From the NCBI GenBank assembly GCA_000697335.1, contig JNEM01008721.1:1-45050 (forward strand): a stretch of 45,050 nucleotides of DNA, read 5' to 3'. A model generated the notes under the pieces. It was not told the origin of the DNA. It worked only from the letters and a program-made list of their open reading frames with translations, and ran no database searches. Every line of letters begins with the position of its first letter. Positions within the stretch are counted from its first letter, which is position 1. Of the stretch, positions 37,004-45,050 are shown piece by piece. This DNA comes from Conidiobolus incongruus B7586. Taxonomy: Eukaryota. Position numbers and translations under genes: made by a program.

Positions 37004-40000
37004 TTAGTTTGTATTATGATTTTCGTCCGATTCGTATGCAATGTCGTCTGTTCTGGGTTGATGGTGGCTTCCTTGATGATCTTCACCCTCGGTAAACATT
37101 GCTTCATCTTCATCGTCTATCTTCAATGAATCGATGGAGCCATTTATCAATTTAGGTTCGCCGACGACGCTTTCGGGTACTGGTGATGGATTGTGAGGGT
37201 CTGACAATGTGACATCCGAGTTCTTGCTTAACCCAACTTCAACATCACCAATTGCCGATATGTGGGAGTCGTCAATATCCTTCATATCAATTTGGTCACT
37301 AGTGTCCAAATTGTCTTTATGAGCATAGCTATCATCCGGAAGATTGTATTCATCATCGGTTAGTGCTTCCATGTTCAAATCATCGTCCATACTAATATTA
37401 TCGTCGTATAGGCTACCATCATCGGTGATGCACAGATCGTCATCGTCACCACTGACTTTGAGGATATTGTTCCAGTGGCAGGTCCTAAAGCTTTGGATCC
37501 CATCATGTGACGCTTCACTCGCAATGGATCTGGACTCACTTAATGCCGAATTGATATGCTCCATCTCTCTGGAGAGATAACCACGTTCCGATCTAGTCCC
37601 AGTACTGGACTGATTACTCAATTGACGACTGATAGATGACCCCATTGAAAGAGAAATATCCTTTGACATATTTTGAGGGATCAAATGCGGCATATTAATT
37701 TGACTAGCCCTATTGGCAGCGCTAAAATCCATAATTCCGTTGGAAATATCCAGCACCATTTTGAAGTGCTTGCGACTGAGGTAGGTTTTCACGAGACCGA
37801 GTAGCAGTTCGTGTTGGTACCTGAATAGATGACGATTGTACCAAGTTTTGTATTGCAATAACTCATCAATTAAGAAACAATTCTCAGGTTCGATTATATT
37901 CACTTGACAGATGAGTTTCAAGCAATCATGAATGGAAATGGGTTTCCTAGGGAGATCCCTATGGTTGCCGGAGTATGTAATATCGCCAATTTCGCCATCG
38001 TCCTTTGAGTGGTCCTCCGTGAGGAATTGAAATTGGTAATATGTGATGTTGAATTTGCGTCGACATAGACTAAAAGTGCCATTCCTGAGCCTTGCAGTCC
38101 AGTTTGCACTACTCACCTTGTTCTGCACCCATTGCATGTACTCAATGATTTCTTCATTCGGAATCGCATCCAAAATCCATTTACCATTCTGCTTCAATTT
38201 CGTCGACTGCAGTTGCAATTTGGCCAATTTGCCATCCACGTCCATTCTAGCAGGTACTGTCCATTTCGTCTTCTTGAGAAAACTGTACTCGCAGAGCAAG
38301 CTGTGCACCTGAAGGTTTTGGGGATACAGCTTGCAATCCAAGTAGTTGTCTTCAGCCTTCATAATTTTGATGATTTTGTCTGCATTCACCTTTCCAGTCA
38401 TATTGGGGTCGATCTGCTTCCAGAGGCCTTTAAATTTTCGAATTTCATCTCTGGTAAGGAGGTCGAAAGAGGCGGTGATATCGTAACAGAAGGAGAAATT
38501 CTCGAGGACTAGAACAATTAGCATATTCATTAAAATATACATGGAAATCACATTATACGCCAAAAAGATGACGTAAGCGATACTCTTGCTGCCGCAGTCC
38601 GATTCCAGGTACGATTTCCCCAGAACGCAATGCGGTGCTTGGATGGTGTAGTCGTGCATGATTTCATTCCAGTCTTCACCCGTAGTCATTTTCAGGACCA
38701 GAATGAAGGAATTAATCCAATTGCGGAAGTTGATATACTCCGATCCGTTGGGACCCAATCTTGTCAGGCCGAATGTCTGAATTAGCAGAATGGAAAAGAA
38801 TAGCATTACAGTACCCACCACCATACCGAAATTCATCAGATCTCTGGAACTCGCTAGTAAAATATTAGCCAATTGCAGTAAACGATCACTTTTCACAATT
38901 AGTTTCAATAGTAGCATGGTTTGACAAATTCTACCGATAAAATCCGCCAAAATGTTTTTATAGAATGCGACATCAAAAATATTGACGCAAGCTGTAATGA
39001 CGAGGGCACAGTAGTAAAGTACATTCCAACGTTTGGCCCAGAAGTTTCGTGGACCTAACCCCACCCAAACGATTGGAATTTCAATAGTCAGTGCCAATGT
39101 ACATATGAAAATAAATGTGCTAAGAATGAGCTTGTACGTGGGACTTTGACCCTGGTATTGCAATATTAAACACAATGCAATTAACATCAATAAAACCGTG
39201 GTGGAAGTGTGTAAAATACCATGTTTTTCAGTGGCAAGCTTGTAGCACAGTCTCTGGTACTTATTAGTGGGTACGGTAGGCGGATGCTTTGAAGGATTCA
39301 CCGAACTGATTTGCTTTTTGAGATCGATATATCGCCTTTGATCAGCTGTCAACAATGATACACCTGTAAATCTTCGATAATTCTCAATTACTACTGTAAT
39401 AAACATAGTCAATACGAAAACACTTCCGAATAAGAAGTACGTCACAAAATATAAACTAGTGTACCAGCTGGCGTCTTGAGCGGGTTGAAGTCCTGGGCCC
39501 ATAATATCCATCGCCATTCCCATCACATGAACCCAGCGCTCTCGACTCAAAATTTCGAGATGCATGACGAGACTAGAACTGAAGGAGTCGAAATTGAAAT
39601 TATCCGGATTTGCCCACACTCTACTCACCAAAATGCCGGATTTGGGTGATACGAAAAGACCTTGACACTGTTCCATAAATTTGACATCGTCCGCATTGCA
39701 TCGTTTCAACAAGTCTGAGAACAGCAGGTAACCATAGATGGAGTAAGGAATTGCAAAAAACAAGAGAAAAATAACGACATCCAAAATCCCTCGAAATCCA
39801 CTTACGAAAAGTGTATAAATGGTATTTTGTAAGATAGGGCTTAGGGAGATTAGACGCAAAGTTCGAAAACTTTTCATTGCGAACCAGAGACGAGTGTGGT
39901 AGGAGGGTCCACTTAAGCCAACAATCACATCAATCCACATAAGTAACAGCACAGCAAAGTCCAAAAGTTTCCAAAGCTGACTCAAATATGAATGCTTGGT

Positions 40001-43000
40001 GAAACAAAAGCCTATGGCAGTAGTGATTATAGCGAATTCCAATGTGAATACCAATGTCACTACAATGGTCAGCGCCTGGATGGTAGTGGAATACGACTCG
40101 GGCTGAGTCTTAGCGAAGTACGGAGTATCAATCGCAGCCAAGATCACATTCAACAAGTTCACCAGCCAGATTAAAAGGTCGTAAATATTGAAGGGTGTAC
40201 ACTTCCAGCTCCGCGTCGCTCCAGTGCTCGAAAAGCTGTCCAAATTCTTCTGCAACTGGGGATCGTCTTTCAGCAGCCAGCAGCAGAACCGACGCCAGCG
40301 GTGGTGGAATTGAAAGATTAGCCAAGTCCTCATGGGGAATTCGAGTTTAATGTACTCTGCAATTACTCCGCGGTTGTCATTATTCTTCTCCAATGGGGGT
40401 AGAATGCTTTGGCGTGTGGTTTCGTAAGTAGCTACGGAATCTTCTTTATTCATGGATTCGGATCCAGTTGTCGACATTCTAGATTATTTCATTAAATTAG
40501 TATTTCGTAATTCAATTGGAATAAACAGCATGACTGCTTTTTTTAAGATATCAATCAAATCGAAATAATTACCTTGAATTCGATTTCAATTCATGAATAG
40601 TGCTCGCTATTGACGAAGGTGACCTTATTGAGGATTCTAATTTGTTATAGTTGTAATTGGTGTATACGAGTCCTCGAAGCCATCCGAAAAATCTTCGAAG
40701 ATTGAATCGGTCGCTAAAGCTTTGAATCTATTTCAATTACATTAATAAAAAGTTGATAACTAAAATGTAATTGAATTTACCTGAGCGACTGCACTCTTAC
40801 CAAAGTGCTCTTTTTGCACTTCAATTGGTAAGGAGAGGGTTACGGAGTTTGGCAAGGGACCAATTCGGGAGTAATTATGAAGTTTGGAAGAGATCAAATT
40901 TCTAAATGATGAAATAAATATCATTATCAATCAATATAAATAATCATAAAAAATACCTTAATTTTTTGTCGAGATCTAATTCGAAATCGCCAAATCTGGA
41001 TTTACTCACTTTATCAACATAACTAGATACTTGCTCACTTTTCTTGGAATGTTCAACAATTTCAAATCCCTCCATAGTGACGGCAATAAACAGATTTAGG
41101 AGTACAAAAGCCGAGAATCCGGACCATACAACAATAAACAGTGCAATGAGAGCGGCCATGGGGATATTACCGACAGATTCCATGTATCGATACATCAATT
41201 GACCCCAATCCTCTCCTGAGAAGATTTGGACCAGGGATAGCAGCGTACTTCGAAAGTTGTTGAAATTCATATCTACGGGCTCCACAAGCGAAGATTTTGG
41301 TTGAATTCCTCCCAGTATTACCATACCCATGGGTACGCATGCCAAGAATGACAGGATGATAAAACATGCCAAATCGAAAATACCTCGATATCTACTCGCC
41401 ACGATTTTGAGTAGATTTCTGACACTTGGCAAAAATGCCAACAGCCGATAGAATCGCAAGATGGAGAAAAAGGTGAGCGAGTGGTTGAAAATACCGAGGG
41501 ACTGAGGTGGAATGAACGCGATAATGGTATTGATGCATTCCAACACCACGTCGAATTTGTCTTTGAAAGTGATCGGCACTTGATTGGGGGTGCCATAAAC
41601 ACTCAACTTGATCACTATACGCGATCCTATTTCTATATCGAATAGAAGTGTGAAGAATCCAATCATACCAAAACTCACCATGGAACTGGGGTCAATCAAG
41701 CACAAACATATCAACTCCATAATGATTAGGATCCTGCCAACGAATTTGATTAACCCAATCCAAGGTACCAAGTAATACAGTCTCAGATTTTTGAAAATGA
41801 GCCTCACACCTTTATTGGTAGTATTCATATTCTTTTTCAAAGGATCGAAAGCATCACCAACTTTCCACTGATCTTTGAACTGATCCCACGTCAAGTTGAA
41901 TTCACCTTCGTCGATATTGTGCCTATCAGCTTTACCCGTGAGTTTGTAGAACCAATACCTCGTCTGATTGATTGCTTTGAGGAAACTTGAGTAAATGTTG
42001 TCGTAGTCAAGGTCGGAATGAAAGATATCCATATGCTCTTTCCGCGCCTCCACCTTTATATCCCAACTCGCAGAATCTTGCGCATTCTGCTCTAACTTTG
42101 CCGATCTTCGGGATATCAGCGCCATGAGACGTACATTGTCTTCCTTTGTTTTGCCGAACATTCGGGTGATAACTGCCACAAATAATGTGAACAGCCAGTA
42201 ATAAAGCACCAGGATGGTGAGTATGAAGAAGAGGATTACCGACCAGGAGTCCACTTCCATGAGATTATACAGCAGATGACTCCATTTTTGCATCATGGCA
42301 ATTTGATACATAATCAGTAGCGAGGTGAAGAAATTGTCGAAACCATAGTACCCTCCCCATGGATTGCCAACATCCTAGAAAGTTCGGTTAATTTTAAGGT
42401 AAATATTTGATCATGGTTACTTACTTTGCATATTTGGCCAAATTGACAAATGTAGCCATCTGTCCACGGCAAAACCTGGCCATTCAAGTAGTCAGCTTTA
42501 TCGTAATTGTGGCTTTTATCCGTGAAGTGCCCGATGCAAAATTTCAAAGGGTACACCAACTTCTGGGTGTCTTTAGTGAAGCACCTACCCTTCAACTTCC
42601 CATCGAACAGCAATCTGCCGAGAAGGGCAAAAATGATGAAGAAGTACACGAGAAAGAAACAAATATTAATTAGAACGGGTTTAGAATTAATCAACGATTG
42701 GATAATCACAGATACAGATTTGGTCGTGATGAGGAGTCGAATGGGTCGAATCGTGCTCAACATCTTGAAAATGAACACCTGGTGGTTGGGCACTGCAAAG
42801 GTCAGAATGAAGTCGATCCAGTAACTCGATATCGCTATAAAATCGATTCGGTTCAACGGGTCGTTGAGATACGATAGGTGCGGGATGAAGTTCGCCGACA
42901 CTCCTTGGATGTTGCGCGCAAGCAAATCTTCCAACTCGTTGGTCTCTGCCTGTGTTCGTCCTCGCCTCTTTATAGGCGGCGGATTTTTCACAAAGCCGAA

Positions 43001-43702
43001 GACGATCACCTTTCCCGCAAGTTCTAGGATGTAGATCAATTGAATAACCAAAATACCGTAATCCGACCTACTCTCGCCGAATTTATTGATTCTCTTTTCA
43101 GGCTCCCAATGCTGAATGACCAAGAGTAACCAATTCAGTAAAATCAAAAAATTAATAAATATTTTGGTGAAAGGATTGTGGAAAAAATTCGCCAAATGAA
43201 GTCTCAAAGGGTGATTGGGATCGAAATATCCCAGAGATTTCCCTCCCAGTAATGCTACCAATGTAGTAGATGTCGGGATTAAATTACTCTTTGGCGCATT
43301 ATCCTTGAATCTTGAGAAGAGTTTATATTTATACTCTGACGAATCGAAAGAATCCCTGCTGGACCCAGCACTATGCGCCTCGAACGATTCTCGAGCGATG
43401 GACTCCTTTTGCTTCGATTGTGCAGCCTTTATCAACTCTTCGTCGAAATCTGGTATTGGCGAAGTTTGATCCAGCTCAAATTCTATTGGACTCTCCGAAT
43501 TTTGACTTCCGTCATTTATTTGCACCATATTTATACCATCTGTATTATATTCCGTCTCCGATTGGTAGCTTTCCGCTATCGGTGACCCTTTACAGTTTAA
43601 ATTTTCAACACTATCAAGTATATCACTGTCTTCGGTATTATTGATATTTAATTCTATATTTCTCAACGACTCCTTTGATGATTGTTTGCTATTTGATGAC
43701 AT
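37004..43702 (-). CDS. CCH1: Four-repeat Cch1/NALCN-type cation (Ca2+) channel; introns ~42375-42424, ~40902-40957, ~40727-40781, ~40479-40573
   Basis: Four 6-TM repeats with S4 segments (FKMLSTIRPIRLL, FSILRFYRLL, AMKSFRTLRLI, degenerate DIV). Pore loops are MMQKW, SGEDW, SRERW and TGEDW. Also LTADQRRYIDLKK III-IV linker, an EF-like region FKGLWKQIDP and an acidic C-tail. Confidence 0.9.
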
Positions 43703-45008
43703 ATTTTATGCAGTATTCAAATATATGTGTTAGTATATATACAAAATATAAACTTTTTAATCCAAAAAACTATTAATTAAACGATAATAAAATAGATATA
43801 CGAAAGAACGAACTTTAAAAAATCAAACTTCCAAACTAATGATAATAATAATAGCAATAATAATAATAATCTCAACCTAATTAGCCACGAAACTAAAGCC
43901 AATAGATGGAATTAAATTTGGTTAGATTCTGTGAATTAAAACTCTTTGAAACGAAGTAATAATTGATGGAATTGGACAAAAAACTATTTTAATATGTAGA
44001 TTCAATTTAGTGAATAATTCTTTGTCAATATTAGTGTACTTAGTAAGAAGAATGGCACAAGATAGAATCCGCTTGAAGTAAATGGTAATCAACTCAATAT
44101 CCTCAATAAAAATTCGAAATCTTGGACACTCAATAACTTGAGAGGTTTATATATGATTATCAAATGTCAATAAGTGACCAGCATGTACAAAGATGAAGAT
44201 TTGTTGATTTTCATTAGATCCATCAACTATCATGTATCAGTGTTCATGAATTTGTGGTATAATCGAGGCAACCAACTCGTGGTCATTTCAATTCAATTGA
44301 ATAATACACACCTTCCCAATTGAATACTTGTGAAGGATTTACCATGTTCTAGCCCCAGTCCTTATTCAATTGAGCTTATCAATCTGTTCCAAATTCTTAC
44401 AAAACTACAGGTAGCCAATTACTTTTCGGGATTTGAAATTAATTTAATACTAATGTAGAATTTAACTTTAACATATAACCAATTATAGGAGCTCGATAAA
44501 ATAAGCAAAATTTGTCAATAGATTGACTAATTTTAAAACATTTCAACCCCACATCCAAAGAAGAGCAATGATTACTTTTTTAATAATTTAATCAATAGAT
44601 TTAAATTATTTAATAATATTAATGTTATTATGAATATGGCTTAAAGGTTATTTTCATTTTGAATTAGTTATTATATCTATTTGATTGTATTACTTTGTAA
44701 AAAATTCAACTTTAATTTTTTCATAATTTAGATAAATTGTTATTTCATCAAAGTTTTAATAATATATTACAAAATTTTATACCATTTAAATATTAAAATA
44801 TTATATTTAAATTATTCAGTTATATATTATCTCACATCATTTTTAATATTTATCAATTGAATTATACTATATAGGATTATTTTTATACATTCTTATTCGT
44901 ATATCAAATTTTTACAGGATTTTAAAGAAATAGCACGATTTATTATTTTAAAGTCAGCTTAAAATCTGAATTTTCGAATCGATTAGTAATTCATAATTAT
45001 TACAATTT

Positions 45009-45011
<3 letters not shown>

Positions 45012-45050
<39 letters not shown>
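45012..45050. repeat. (AT)n microsatellite running to window end
   Basis: Uninterrupted AT dinucleotide run. Confidence 0.95.

Noticed and set aside
43950..44560. Moderately GC-richer region upstream of CCH1
   Set aside because: No ORF, repeat termini or structure that I could support. Probably promoter/5' UTR.
1..45050. CRISPR arrays, tRNA/rRNA genes, prokaryotic operons or defence systems
   Set aside because: None seen. The DNA is intron-containing eukaryotic sequence, and the C5-methyltransferase is Dnmt2 rather than a restriction-modification enzyme.

Overview
Eukaryotic, very AT-rich genomic DNA with many short (~45-60 nt) GT-AG introns. Gene content and style suggest an early-diverging fungus, plausibly Entomophthoromycotina/Conidiobolus-like (inference only). 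I can support 12 apparently intact genes: TMA16, PUS4/TruB, HOM2 (Asp-semialdehyde dehydrogenase), a stand-alone ThiD, a full-length ZGRF1-type helicase, mitoribosomal mL44/MRPL3, DNMT2, a VC0807-like membrane protein, a double-hotdog acyl-CoA thioesterase, a kinesin-4-like motor, poly(A) polymerase and a 3xKH RNA-binding protein. There is also a four-repeat Cch1/NALCN-type channel and a decayed histidinol-phosphatase (HIS2) pseudogene. The most striking unexplained signal is an exact 10-mer, AATCCCATAA. It lies in sense orientation 65-143 nt upstream of the ATG of seven genes (plus a variant at an eighth) and is a candidate lineage-specific core-promoter or regulon element. Other items of interest are Gcn4-type sites at both amino-acid genes, a CSL-type site at the lipid gene, an unusual basic-residue-flanked Q/E/E/E channel filter, micro-exons, and LTR-like or TIR-like relics. 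Exon boundaries were read by eye and may be off by a few nt.
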